From NCBI RefSeq assembly GCF_009914755.1, contig NC_060948.1: a stretch of DNA of 64,000 nt; one strand, given 5' to 3'. The notes under the pieces are model-generated. The model had not been told where the DNA came from, searched no databases, and worked only from the letters and a program-made list of their open reading frames with translations. This document shows, piece by piece, positions 27,901 through 42,960 of the stretch. Within the stretch, counting starts at the first letter, position 1; every line of letters begins with the position of its first letter. The DNA comes from the human T2T-CHM13v2.0 reference genome, Homo sapiens. A program made the translations under genes and the position numbers.

Positions 27901-30900
27901 GAATCTAATGAAATTGAATGCAAAAAATTGAATGAGTAGAATCGAAAAAGATGGATTCAAATGGCAACAAATAAAATTGAATGGAATGCGGTGAGGTGGA
28001 GGGGATTGGAATGGAGTTGAATGGAATGTGGTGTAATTGAATTGAATGGAGTGGAGTGGAGTGAACTGGAGTGGAATGGAATGGAATGGGCAGGCATGGA
28101 ATTGAAAGGCGTGGAGTGGAGTGGAATTGAGAGGAGTGGAATGGAATAGGGTGGATTGTGGTGGAGAATAATGGAAAAGAGTGGAGTGGAATGGAACGGA
28201 ATGGAGTGGAGTGGAATGGAATGGAATTGAGTGAAGTGGAGTGTAGTGGAATGGAGAGTAATGGAGTGGAGTGGACTGGAGTGGAGTAGATTGCAGTGCA
28301 TTGGACTGTAGGGGATAGAAGTGGCTTGGAGTCCATAGGAGTGGAGTGGAATGGAATGGAATGGAGTGGAATGGACTGGAACGGAATGGAATGGAATGGA
28401 TTTAAATGGCAGGGAATCAAATCGAATTGAATCATATTGAATCAAGTCGAATCGAGTGGAGGAAAGAAATCGAATGAAATCGAATGGAATGAATTGAATG
28501 GAGTCGAATGTCAACCATGGAATCGAAAGTAATGTGGTAAAGTGGAGTGGAGTGGAGTGTTATGGAGTGGAATGGAATGGGGTGATATGGAATTGAATAC
28601 AGTGGAGAGGATTGGAGTGGATTGGGCTAGAGTTGAACGGAAAGGGAATGAATGGAACTAAATGGAGTGGAGTGGAATGGAGTGGAATGGAATGGAATGG
28701 AATGGAATGGAACGGAATGGAGTGGAATGGAATCGAATCACATGGAACTGAATGAAACCGAATTGAATGAAATTCAATGGAGAAAATGGAATCAAATGGA
28801 ATCAAATCGATCGGATTTGAATGTCATTGAATGGAATCGAAAGGAATGCAGTGAGGTGGGGTTGAGTGGAATGGAGTGGAATGGAATGGGATGAATGGAA
28901 TTGAATGGAGTGGAGTGGAATGGAATGGAATGCAAAGGACTGGAATTGAACAAAATGGAGTGTAGTAGAATGGAGTGGATTGGAGTGGAGTGCAGGGGAG
29001 TGCAGTGGAATGAAGGGGAGTGTAGTTGAATGGAATGGAATGTATGGAATGTACTGGAATAGAATGGATAAGAAAGGAATGGAATGGAATCGCATGGAAT
29101 TGAATAGAATCAAATCGAATTGAATAGAATCAAATGGAAAAAATGGAGTCAAATGGAATCGAATGGCATAGAATCGAACGGTTTTGAATGGCAGTTAATT
29201 GGAACGAATGGAATGCGATGAAGTGGAGCAGAGTGGAGTGGAAAGGAGTGCAATGGAATAGGGTGGAACTGAATTTAATGGAACAGAGTGGATTGGAGTG
29301 GACTGGAGTGGAATGGAATGGGAAGGAATGGGATTGAAAGGAGTGGCGTGCAGTGGAGTGGAGTGGCATGGAGTGGAGTGGAGTGGAATGGAGTGGAATG
29401 GAATGGAGTGGAATGGAGTGGATTGGAATGGAATGGAGTGTAGAGGAATGGAATGGAATGGTATAGAGTGGACAGGAATGGAGTGGAGTGGATTGGAATG
29501 GAATGGAATGGAATGGAATGGAACTGAATGGACTGGAATGGAATGGAATAGAATGGAATCACAGGGAATCAAATTGGATTGAATCGAATCGAATGGAAAA
29601 AATGAAATCAAATGAAATTGAATGGAATCGAAATGAATGTAAACAATGGAATCCAATGGAATCCAATGGAATCGAATCAAATGGTTTTGAATGGCGTAAA
29701 ATGAAATCGCAAGGAAGGCAGTGAATTGGAGTGGAGTGGAATAGAGAGGAATGAATTGGAATGGAGTGGAGTGGAATGGAGTGGATTCCAGTGGAGTGGA
29801 GTGGATTGGATCGGAATGGAATGGAATAGACTGGATTGGAGTGGTGTAGAGTGCAGTGGATTGGAGTGGAGAGGAATGGAGTGGAGAGAAGTCGAGTTGA
29901 GTGGAATGGAATGGAGTGGAGCAGAGTGGAATGCAAAAGAATGAAGTGGATTGGTGTGGAATGGAATGGCGTGGAATGGAGTGGAATAGAATGGAATGGA
30001 ATCGCATGGAAGGATATCAAATCAAATGGAATCGAACGAAAATTATGAATCCAATGGAATCGAAAGTATTCCAAAGAAGAGATTCGAAAGGCATTTAATG
30101 GAATGGAAAGGTATGCAGTGAAGTGGAGTGGAGTGGAGTGGATTGTTTTAGAGTGAAATGGGGTGGATTGGAACACTATGTGGTGGAGTGGAGTGTAGTG
30201 GATCGGAGTGGAGTGCCGTGGAGTGGACTAGAGTAGGGTGGAGTGGAGTGCATTGGAGTGGAATGGAGTGGAGTGGGGTGGAATGGAAAGGAATGGTATC
30301 AAATCGCATGGTAATGAATCAAATGGAATCAAATGGAATGAAATAATGGAATCGAAGGCAAACGAATGGAATCGAATTGCACTGATTCTACTGACTTCGA
30401 AGAAAATGAAATGAAATGCGGTGAAGTGGAGTGGAGTGGAATGTATTAGGGTGGAATGGAATTGAATGGTGTGGAGTGGAGTGGAGTGCCCAGGAGTGGA
30501 ATGGGAAGAAATGGAATTGAACGGAGTGGAGTGGAGTGGAATGGAGGGTAATGGAGTGGAATGGAGTGGAGTGGAGTAGAGTGGAATGGGTTGGAGTGGA
30601 ATGCAGAGGACAGGAGTGGAGTGTGGTGGACTGGAGTTGAGTGGAGTTGAGTGGAGTGCATTGGATTGAAATAGAGCGGAGCAGAGTGGAATGGAATTGA
30701 ATCACATGGTATTGAATCAAATCGAATGGAATTAAATCGAATGAAAAAACGGAATCAAAAGCAAACGAATGGAGTCAAACCACATTGGTTAGACTGACAT
30801 CGAATAATATCAAAAGAAATGCGGTGAAGTGGAGGGGAGTGTACTGAAATGGGGTGGAATGAAATTGAATGGAGTGGAGTGGAGTGGAGTCTACTGGAGT

Positions 30901-33900
30901 GGAATGGAATGGAATGGAAAGGAATGGAATAGAATGGAGTGAAGTGCAGTGCAGTGAAATGGAGTGGAAAGGAATGGAATGGAAAGAATTGAATCAAATG
31001 GAATCGAAGTGAATCGAATCTAATGAAATTGAACGCAAAAAATGGAATGAGTAGAATCGAAAAAGATGGATTCAAATGGCAACAAATAAAATTGAATGGA
31101 ATGCGGTGAGGTGGAGGGGATTGGAATGGAGTTGAATGGAATGTGGTGTAATTGAATTGAATGGAGTGGAGTGGAGTGAACTGGAGTGGAATGGAATGGA
31201 ATGGGCAGGCATGGAATTGAAAGGCGTGGAGTGGAGTTGAATTGAGAGGAGTGGAATGGAATAGGGTGGATTTTGGTGGAGAATAATGGAAAAGAGTGGA
31301 GTGGAATGGAACGGAATGGAGTGGAGTGGAATGGAATGGAATTGAGTGAAGTGGAGTGTAGTGGAATGGAGAGTAATGGAGTGGAGTGGACTGGAGTGGA
31401 GTAGATTGCAATGCATTGGACTGTAGGGGATAGAAGTGGCTTGGACTCCATAGGAGTGGAGTGGAATGGAATGGAATGGAGTGGAATGGACTGGAACGGA
31501 ATGGAATGGAATGGATTCAAATGGCAGGGAATCAAATCGAATTGAATCATATTGAATCAAGTCGAATCGAGTGGAGGAAAGAAATCGAATGAAATCGAAT
31601 GGAATGAATTGAATGGAGTCGAATGTCAACCATGGAATCAAAAGTAATGTGGTAAAGTGGAGTGGAGTGTTATGGAGTGGAATGGAATGGGGTGACATGG
31701 AATTGAATACAGTGGAGAGGAGTGGAGTGGATTGGGCTAGAGTTGAACGGAAAGGGAAGGAATGGAACTAAATGGAGTGGAGTGGAATGGAATGGAATGG
31801 AATGGAATGGAATGGAATGGAACGGAATGGCGTGGAATGGAATCGAATCACATGGAACTGAATGAAAACGAATTGAATGAATTTGAATGGAGAAAATGGA
31901 ATCAAATGGAATCAAATCGAACGGCTTCGAATGTCATTGAATGGAATCGAAAGGAATGCAGTGAGGTGGGGTTGAGTGGAATGGACTGGAATGGAATGGG
32001 ATGAATGGAATTGAATGGAGTGGAGTGGAATGGAATGGAATGGAAAGGACTGGAATTGAACAAAATGGAGTGTAGTAGAATGGAGTGGATTGGAGTGGAG
32101 TGCAGAGGATTGCAGTGGAATGAAGAGGAGTGTAGTTGAATGGAATGGAATGTATGGAATGTACTGGAATAGAATGGATAAGAAAGGAATGGAATGGAAT
32201 CGCATGGAATTGAATAGAATCAAATCGAATTGAATAGAATCAAATGGAAAAAATGGAGTCAAATGGAATCGAATGGCATAGAATCGAACGGTTTTGAATG
32301 GCAGTGAATGGAAACGAATGGAATGCGATGAAGTGGAGCAGAGTGGAGTGGAAAGGAGTGCAATGGAATAGGGTGGAACTGAATTTAATGGAACAGAGTG
32401 GATTGGAGTGGACTGGAGTGGAATGGAGTGGGAAGGAATGGGATTGAAAGGAGTGGCGTGCAGTGGAGTTGAGTGGCATGGAGTGGAGTGGAGTGGAATG
32501 GAGTGGAATGGAATGGAGTGGAATGGAGTGGATTGGAATGGAATGGAGTGCAGGGGAATGGAATGGAATGGTATAGAGTGGACAGGAATGCAGTGGAGAG
32601 GATTGGAATGGAATGGAATGGAATGGAATGGAACTGAATGGACTGGAATGGAATGGAATAGAATGGAATCACAGGGAATCAAATTGGATTGAATCGAATC
32701 GAATGGAAAAAATGAAATCAAATGAAATTGAATGGAATCGAAATGAATGTAAACAATGGAATCCAATGGAATCAAATGGAATCGAATCATATGGTTTTGA
32801 ATGGCGTAAAATGAAATCGCAAGGAAGGCAGTGAATTGGAGTCGAGTTGAATAGAGAGGAATGAATTGGAATGGAGTGGAGTGGAATGGAGTGGATTCCA
32901 GTGGAGTGGAGTGGATTGGATTGGAATGGAATGGAATAGACTGGATTGGAGTGGTGTAGAGTGCAGTGGATTGGAATGGAGAGGAATGGAGTGGAGTGAA
33001 GTCGAGTTGAGTGGAATGGAATGGAGTGGAGTAGAGTGGAATGCAAAAGAATGAAGTGGATTGGTGTGGAATGGAATGGCGTGGAATGGAGTGGAATAGA
33101 ATGGAATGGAATCGCATGGAAGGATATCAAATCCAATGGAATCGAACGAAAATTATGAATCCAATGGAATCGAAAGGATTCCAAAGGAACGGATTCGAAA
33201 GGCATTTAATGGAATGGAAAGGTATGCAGTGAAGGTTAGTGGAGTGGAGTGGATTGTTTTAGAGTGAAATGGGGTGGATTGGAACACTATGTGGTGGAGT
33301 GGAGTGTAGTGGATCGGAGTGGAGTGCCGTGGAGTGGACTAGAGTGGGGTGGAGTGGAGTGCATTGGAGTGGAATGGAGTGGAGTGGGGTGGAATGGAAT
33401 GGAATGGCATCAAATGGCATGGTAATGAATCAAATGGAATCAAATGGAATGAAATAATGGAATCGAAGGCAAACGAATGGAATCGAATTGCACTGATTCT
33501 ACTGACTTCGAAGAAAATGAAATGAAATGCGGTGAAGTGGAGTGGAGTGGAATGTATTAGGGTGGAATGGAATTGAATGGTGTGGAGTGGAGTGGAGTGC
33601 CCAGGAGTGGAATGGGAAGAAATGGAATTGAACGTAGTGGAGTGGAGTGGAATGGAGGGTAATGGAGTGGAATGGAGTGGAGTGGAGTAGAGTGGAATGG
33701 GTTGGAGTGGAATGCAGAGGACAGGAGTGGAGTGTGGTGGACTGGAGTGGAGTGGAGTTGAGTGGAGTGCATTGGATTGAAATAGAGCGGAGCAGAGTGG
33801 AATGGAATTGAATCACATGGTACTGAATCAAATCGAATGGAATTAAATCGAATGAAAAAACGGAATCAAAAGCAAACGAATGGAGTCAAACCACATTGGT

Positions 33901-36749
33901 TAGACTGACATCGAATAATATCAAAAGAAATGCGGTGAAGTGGAGGGGAGTGTACTGAAATGGGGTGGAATGAAATTGAATGGAGTGGAGTGGAGTGGAG
34001 TCTACTGGAGTGGAATGGAATGGAATGGAAAGGAATGGGATAGAATGGAGTGAAGTGCAGTGCAGTGAAATGGAGTAGAAAGGAATGGAATGGGAAGAAT
34101 TGAATCAAATGGAATCGAAGTGAATCGAATCTAATGAAATTGAACGCAAAAAATGGAATGAGTAGAATCGAAAAAGATGGATTCAAATGGCAACAAATAA
34201 AATTGAGTGGAATGCGGTGAGGTGGAGGGGATTGGAATGGATTTGAATGGAATGTGGTGTAATTGAATTGAATGGAGTGGAGTGGAGTGGACTGGAGTGG
34301 AATGGAATGGAATGGGCAGGCATGGAATTGAAAGGCGTGGAGTGGAGTGGAATTGAGAGGAGTGGAATGGAGTAGGGTGGATTGTGGTGGAGAATAATGG
34401 AAAAGAGTGGAGTGGAATGGAACGGAATGGAGTGGAGTGGAATAGAATGGAATTGAGTGAAGTGGAGTGTAGTGGAATGGAGAGTAATGGAGTGGAGTGG
34501 ACTGGAGTGGAGTAGATTGCAGTGCATTGGACTGTAGGGGATAGAAGTGGCTTGGACTCCATAGGAGTGGAGTGGAATGGAATGGAATGGAGTGGAATGG
34601 ACTGGAACGGAATGGAATGGAATGGATTCAAATGGCAGGGAATCAAATCGAATTGAATCATATTGAATCAAGTTGAATCGAGTGGAGGAAAGAAATCGAA
34701 TGAAATCGAATGGAATGAATTGAATGGAGTCGAATGTCAACCATGGAATCAAAAGTAATGTGGTAAAGTGGAGTGGAGTGTTATGGAGTGGAATGGAATG
34801 GGGTGACATGGAATTGAATACAGTGGAGAGGAGTGGAGTGGATTGGGCTAGAGTTGAACGGAAAGGGAAGGAATGGAACTAAATGGAGTGGAGTGGAATG
34901 GAGTGGAATGGAATGGAATGGAATGGAATGGAATGGAATGGAATGGAACGGAATGGCGTGCAATGGAATCGAATTACATGGAACTGAATGAAACCGAATT
35001 GAATGAAATTGAATGGAGAAAATGGAATCAAATGGAATCCAATCGAACGGATTCGAATGTCATTGAATGGAATCGAAAGGAATGCAGTGAGGTGGGGTTG
35101 AGTGGAATGGAGTGGAATGGAATGGGATGAATGGAATTGAATGGAGTGGAGTGGAATGGAATGGAATGGAAAGGACTGGAATTGAACAAAATGGAGTGTA
35201 GTAGAATGGAGTGGATTGGAGTGGAGTGCAGGGGAGTGCAGTGGAATGAAGAGGAGTGTAGTTGAATGGAATGGAATGTATGGAATGTACTGGAATAGAA
35301 TGGATAAGAAAGGAATGGAATGGAATCGCATGGAATTGAATAGAATCAAATCGAATTGAATAGAGTCAAATGGAAAAAATGGAGTCAAATGGAATCGAAT
35401 GGCATAGAATCGAACGGTTTTGAATGGCAGTGAATGGAAACGAATGGAATGCGATGAAGTGGAGCAGAGTGGAGTGGAAAGGAGTGCAATGGAATAGGGT
35501 GGAACTGAATTTAATGGAACAGAGTGGATTGGAGTGGACTGGAGTGGAATGGAATGGGAAGGAATGGGATTGAAAGGAGTGGCGTGCAGTGGACGGGAGT
35601 GGCATGGAGTGGAGTGGAGTGGAATGGAGTGGAATGGAATGGAGTGGAATGGAGTTGATTGGAATGGAATGGAGTGCAGAGGAATGGAATGGAATGGTAT
35701 AGAGTGGACAGGAATGGAGTGGAGCGGATTGGAATGGAATGGAATGGAATGGAATGGAACTGAGTGGACTGGAGTGGAATGCAATAGAATAGAATCACAG
35801 GGAATCAAATTGGATTGAATCGAATCGAAAGGAAAAAAATGAAATCAAATGAAATTGAATGGAATCGAAATGAATGTAAACAATGGAATCCAATGGAATC
35901 AAATGGAATAGAATCAAATGATTTTGAATGGCGTAAAATGAAATCGCGAAGAAGGCAGTGAATTGGAGTGGAGTGGTATAGAGAGGAATGAATTGGAATG
36001 GAGTGGATTGGAATAGAGTGGATTCCAGTGGAGTGGAGTGGATTGGATTTTAATGGAATGGAATAGACTGGATTGGAGTGGTGTAGATTGCAGTGGATTG
36101 GAGTGGAGAGGAATGGAGTGGAGTGAAGTCGAGTTGAGTGGAATGGAATGGAGTGGAGCAGAGTGGAATGCAAAAGAATGAAGTGGATTGGTGTGGAATG
36201 GAATGGCGTGGAATGGAGTGGAATAGAATGGAATGGAATCGCATGGAAGGATATCAAATCCAATGGAATCGAACGAAAATTATGAATCCAATGGAATCAA
36301 AAGGATTCCAAAGGAACGGATTCGAAAGGCATTTAATGGAATGGAAAGGTATGCAGTGAAGTGGAGTGGAGTGGAGTGGATTGTTTTAGAGTGAAATGGG
36401 GTGGATTGGAACACTATGTGGTGGAGTGGAGTGTAGTGGATCGGAGTGGAGTGCCGTGGAGTGGACTAGAGTGGGGTGGAGTGGAGTGCATTGGAGTGGA
36501 ATGGAGTGGAGTGGGGTGGAATGGAATGGAATGGCATCAAATCGCATGGTAATGAGTCAAATGGAATGAAATAATGGAATCGAAGGCAAACGAATGGAAT
36601 CGAATTGCACTGATTCTACTGACTTCGAGGAAAATGAAATGAAACGCGGTGAAGTGGAGTGGAGTGGAATGTATTAGGGTGGAATGGAATTGAATGGTGT
36701 GGAGTGGAGTGGAGTGCCCAGGAGTGGAATGGGAAGAAATGGAATTGAA

Positions 36750-39700
36750 CGGAGTGGAGTGGAGTGGAATGGAGGGTAATGGCGTGGAATGGAGTGGAGT
36801 GGAGTAGAGTGGAATGGGTTGGAATGGAATGCAGAGGACAGGAGTGCAGTGTGGTGGACTGGAGTGGAGTGGAGTTGAGTGGAGTGGATTGGATTGAAAT
36901 AGAGCGGAGCAGAGTGGAATGGAATTGAATCACATGGTATTGAATCAAATCGAATGGAATTAAATCGAATGAAAAAACGGAATCAAAAGCAAACGAACGG
37001 AGTCAAACCACATTGGTTAGACTGACATCGAATAATATCAAAAGAAATGCGGTGAAGTGGAGTGGAGTGTACTGAAATGGGGTGGAATGAAATTGAATGG
37101 AGTGGAGTGGAGTGGAGTCTACTGGAGTGGAATGGAATGGAATGGAAAGGAATGGAATAGAATGGAGTGAAGTGCAGTGCAGTGAAATGGAGTGGAAAGG
37201 AATGGAATGGAAAGAATTGAATCAAATGGAACCGAAGTGAATCGAATCTAATGAAATTGAACGCAAAATGTGGAATGAGTAGAATGGAAAAAGATGGATT
37301 CAAATGGCAACAAATAAAATTGAATGGAATGCGGTGAGGTGGAGGGGATTGGAATGGATTTGAATGGAATGTGGTGTAATTGAATTGAATGGAGTGGAGT
37401 GGAGTGAACTGGAGTGGAATGGAATGGAATGGGCAGACATGGAATTGAAAGGCGTGGAGTGGAGTGGAATTGAGAGGAGTGGAATGGAGTAGGGTGGATT
37501 GTGGTGGAGAATAATGGAAAAGAGTGGAGTGGAATGGAACGGATTGGAGTGGAGTGGAATGGAATGGAATTGAGTGAAGTGGAGTGTAGTGTAATGGAGA
37601 GTAATGGAGTGGAGTGGACTGGAGTAGAGTAGATTGCAATGCATTGGATTGTAGGGGATGGAAGTGGCTTGGAGTCCATAGGAGTGGAGTGGAATGGAAT
37701 GGAATGGAGTGGAATGGACTGGAACGGAATGGAGTGGAATGGATTTAAATGGCAGGGTATCAAATCGAATTGAATCATATTGAATCAAGTCGAATCGAGT
37801 GGAGGAAAGAAATCGAATGAAATCGAATGGAATGAATTGAATGGAGTCGAATGTCAACCATGGAATCAAAAGTAATGTGGTAAAGTGGAGTGGAGTGGAG
37901 TGTTATGGAGTGGAATCGAATGGGGTGACATGGAATTGACTACAGTGGAGAGGAGTGGAGTGGATTGGGCTAGAGTGGAACGGAAAGGGAAGGAATGGAA
38001 CTAAATGGAGTGGAGTGGAATGGAGTGGAATGGAATGGAATGGAATGGAATGGAACGGAATGGAGTAAAATGGAATCGAATCACATGGAACTGAATGAAA
38101 CCGAATTGAATGAAATTCAATGGAGAAAATGGAATCAAATGGAATCAAATCGAACGGATTCGAATGTCATTGAATGGAATCGAAAGGAATGCAGTGAGGT
38201 GGGGTTGAGTGGAATGGAGTGGAATGGAATGGGATGAATGGAATTGAATGGAGTGGAGTGGAATGGAATGGAATGGAAAGGACTGGAATTAAACAAAATG
38301 GAGTGTAGTAGAATGGAGTGGATTGGAGTGGAGTGCAGGGGAGTGCAGTGGAATGAAGAGGAGTGTAGTTGAATGGAATGGAATGTATGGAATGTACTGC
38401 AATAGAATGGATAAGAAAGGAATGGAATGGAATCGCATGGAATTGAATAGAATCAAATCGAATTGAATAGAATCAAATGGAAAAAATGGAGTCAAATGGA
38501 ATCGAATGGCATAGAATCGAACGGTTTTGAATGGCAGTGAATGGAAACGAATGGAATGCGATGAAGTGGAGCGCAGTGGAGTGGAAACGAGTGCAATGGA
38601 ATAGGGTGGAACTGCATTTAATGGAAAAGAGTGGATTGGAGTGGACTGGAGTGGAATGGAATGGGAAGGAATGGGATTGAAAGGAGTGGCTAGCAGTGGA
38701 GTGGAGTGGCATGGAGTGGAGTGGAGTGGAATGGAGTGGAATGGAATGGAGTGGAATGGAGTGGATTGGAATGGAATGGAGTGCAGAGGAATGGAATGGA
38801 ATGGTATAGAGTGGACAGGAATGGAGTGGAGCGGATTGGAATGGAATGGAATGGAATGGAATGGAACTGAATGGACTGGAATGGAATGGAATAGAATAGA
38901 ATCACAGGGAATCAAATTGGATTGAATCGAATCGAAAGGAAAAAAATGAAATCAAATGAAATTGAATGGAATCGAAATGAATGTAAACAATGGAATCCAA
39001 TGGAATCAAATGGAATCGAATCAAATGGTTTTGAATGGCGTAAAATGAAATCGCGAAGAAGGCAGTGAATTGGAGTGGAGTGGAATAGAGAGGAATGAAT
39101 TGGAATGGAGTGGATTGGAATAGAGTGGATTCCAGTGGAGTGGAGTGGATTGGATTTTAATGGAACGGAATAGACTGGATTGGAGTGGTGTAGATTGCAG
39201 TGGATTGGAGTGGAGAGGAATGGAGTGGAGTGAAGTCGAGTTGAGTGGAATGGAAAGGAGTGGAGCAGAGTGGAATGCAAAAGAATGAAGTGGATTGGTG
39301 TGGAATGGAATGGCGTGGAATGGAGTGGAATAGAATGGAATGGAATCGCATGGAAGGATATCAAATCCAATGGAATCGAAGGAAAATTATGAATCCAATG
39401 GAATCGAAAGGATTCCAAAGGAACGGATTCGAAAGGCCTTTAATGGAATGGAAAGGTATGCAGTGAAGTGGAGTGGACTGGAGTGGATTGTTTTAGAGTG
39501 AAATGGGGTGGATTGGAACACTATGTGGTGGAGTGGAGTGTAGTGGATCGGAGTGGAGTGCCGTGGAGTGGACTAGAGTAGGGTGGAGTGGAGTGCATTG
39601 GAGTGGAATGGAGTGGAGTGGGGTGGAATGGAAAGGAATGATATCAAATCGCATGGTAATGAATCAAATGGAATGAAATAATGGAATCGAAGGCAAACGA

Positions 39701-42700
39701 ATGGAATCGAATTGCACTGATTCTACTGACTTCGAAGAAAATGAAATGAAACGCGGTGAAGTGGAGTGGAGTGGAATGTATTAGGGTGGAATGGAATTGA
39801 ATGGTGTGGAGTGGAGTGGAGTGCCCAGGAGTGGAATGGGAAGAAATGGAATTGAACGGAGTGGAGTGGAGTGGAATGGAGGGTAATGGCGTGGAATGGA
39901 GTGGAGTGGAGTAGAGTGGAATGGGTTGGAATGGAATGCAGAGGACAGGAGTGCAGTGTGGTGGACTGGAGTGGAGTGGAGTTGAGTGGAGTGGATTGGA
40001 TTGAAATAGAGCGGAGCAGAGTGGAATGGAATTGAATCACATGGTATTGAATCAAATCGAATGGAATTAAATCGAATGAAAAAACGGAATCAAAAGCAAA
40101 CGAACGGAGTCAAACCACATTGGTTAGACTGACATCGAATAATATCAAAAGAAATGCGGTGAAGTGGAGTGGAGTGTACTGAAATGGGGTGGAATGAAAT
40201 TGAATGGAGTGGAGTGGAGTGGAGTCTACTGGAGTGGAATGGAATGGAATGGAAAGGAATGGAATAGAATGGAGTGAAGTGCAGTGCAGTGAAATGGAGT
40301 GGAAAGGAATGGAATGGAAAGAATTGAATCAAATGGAACCGAAGTGAATCGAATCTAATGAAATTGAACGCAAAATGTGGAATGAGTAGAATGGAAAAAG
40401 ATGGATTCAAATGGCAACAAATAAAATTGAATGGAATGCGGTGAGGTGGAGGGGATTGGAATGGATTTGAATGGAATGTGGTGTAATTGAATTGAATGGA
40501 GTGGAGTGGAGTGAACTGGAGTGGAATGGAATGGAATGGGCAGACATGGAATTGAAAGGCGTGGAGTGGAGTGGAATTGAGAGGAGTGGAATGGAGTAGG
40601 GTGGATTGTGGTGGAGAATAATGGAAAAGAGTGGAGTGGAATGGAACGGATTGGAGTGGAGTGGAATGGAATGGAATTGAGTGAAGTGGAGTGTAGTGTA
40701 ATGGAGAGTAATGGAGTGGAGTGGACTGGAGTAGAGTAGATTGCAATGCATTGGATTGTAGGGGATGGAAGTGGCTTGGAGTCCATAGGAGTGGAGTGGA
40801 ATGGAATGGAATGGAGTGGAATGGACTGGAACGGAATGGAGTGGAATGGATTTAAATGGCAGGGTATCAAATCGAATTGAATCATATTGAATCAAGTCGA
40901 ATCGAGTGGAGGAAAGAAATCGAATGAAATCGAATGGAATGAATTGAATGGAGTCGAATGTCAACCATGGAATCAAAAGTAATGTGGTAAAGTGGAGTGG
41001 AGTGGAGTGTTATGGAGTGGAATCGAATGGGGTGACATGGAATTGACTACAGTGGAGAGGAGTGGAGTGGATTGGGCTAGAGTGGAACGGAAAGGGAAGG
41101 AATGGAACTAAATGGAGTGGAGTGGAATGGAGTGGAATGGAATGGAATGGAATGGAATGGAACGGAATGGAGTAAAATGAAATCGAATCACATGGAACTG
41201 AATGAAACCGAATTGAATGAAATTCAATGGAGAAAATGGAATCAAATGGAATCAAATCGAACGGATTCGAATGTCATTGAATGGAATCGAAAGGAATGCA
41301 GTGAGGTGGGGTTGAGTGGAATGGAGTGGAATGGAATGGGATGAATGGAATTGAATGGAGTGGAGTGGAATGGAATGGAATGGAAAGGACTGGAATTAAA
41401 CAAAATGGAGTGTAGTAGAATGGAGTGGATTGGAGTGGAGTGCAGGGGAGTGCAGTGGAATGAAGAGGAGTGTAGTTGAATGGAATGGAATGTATGGAAT
41501 GTACTGGAATAGAATGGATAAGAAAGGAATGGAATGGAATCGCATGGAATTGAATAGAATCAAATCGAATTGAATAGAATCAAATGGAAAAAATGGAGTC
41601 AAATGGAATCGAATGGCATAGAATCGAACGGTTTTGAATGGCAGTGAATGGAAACGAATGGAATGCGATGAAGTGGAGCGCAGTGGAGTGGAAACGAGTG
41701 CAATGGAATAGGGTGGAACTGCATTTAATGGAAAAGAGTGGATTGGAGTGGACTGGAGTGGAATGGAATGGGAAGGAATGGGATTGAAAGGAGTGGCTAG
41801 CAGTGGAGTGGAGTGGCATGGAGTGGAGTGGAGTGGAATGGAGTGGAATGGAATGGAGTGGAATGGAGTGGATTGGAATGGAATGGAGTGCAGAGGAATG
41901 GAATGGAATGGTATAGAGTGGACAGGAATGGAGTGGAGCGGATTGGAATGGAATGGAATGGAATGGAATGGAACTGAATGGACTGGAATGGAATGGAATA
42001 GAATAGAATCACAGGGAATCAAATTGGATTGAATCGAATCGAAAGGAAAAAAATGAAATCAAATGAAATTGAATGGAATCGAAATGAATGTAAACAATGG
42101 AATCCAATGGAATCAAATGGAATCGAATCAAATGGTTTTGAATGGCGTAAAATGAAATCGCGAAGAAGGCAGTGAATTGGAGTGGAGTGGAATAGAGAGG
42201 AATGAATTGGAATGGAGTGGATTGGAATAGAGTGGATTCCAGTGGAGTGGAGTGGATTGGATTTTAATGGAACGGAATAGACTGGATTGGAGTGGTGTAG
42301 ATTGCAGTGGATTGGAGTGGAGAGGAATGGAGTGGAGTGAAGTCGAGTTGAGTGGAATGGAAAGGAGTGGAGCAGAGTGGAATGCAAAAGAATGAAGTGG
42401 ATTGGTGTGGAATGGAATGGCGTGGAATGGAGTGGAATAGAATGGAATGGAATCGCATGGAAGGATATCAAATCCAATGGAATCGAAGGAAAATTATGAA
42501 TCCAATGGAATCGAAAGGATTCCAAAGGAACGGATTCGAAAGGCCTTTAATGGAATGGAAAGGTATGCAGTGAAGTGGAGTGGACTGGAGTGGATTGTTT
42601 TAGAGTGAAATGGGGTGGATTGGAACACTATGTGGTGGAGTGGAGTGTAGTGGATCGGAGTGGAGTGCCGTGGAGTGGACTAGAGTAGGGTGGAGTGGAG

Positions 42701-42960
42701 TGCATTGGAGTGGAATGGAGTGGAGTGGGGTGGAATGGAAAGGAATGATATCAAATCGCATGGTAATGAATCAAATGGAATGAAATAATGGAATCGAAGG
42801 CAAACGAATGGAATCGAATTGCACTGATTCTACTGACTTCGAAGAAAATGAAATGAAACGCGGTGAAGTGGAGTGGAGTGGAATGTATTAGGGTGGAATG
42901 GAATTGAATGGTGTGGAGTGGAGTGGAGTGCCCAGGAGTGGAATGGGAAGAAATGGAATT
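36750..42960 (+). repeat. Tandem duplication of the D unit (3107 bp)
   Basis: D-private gctagc at 38689 and 41796, and aggcct at 39434 and 42541; ORFs 36983/40090 and 37248/40355 are identical. Boundaries are approximate. Confidence 0.9.
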
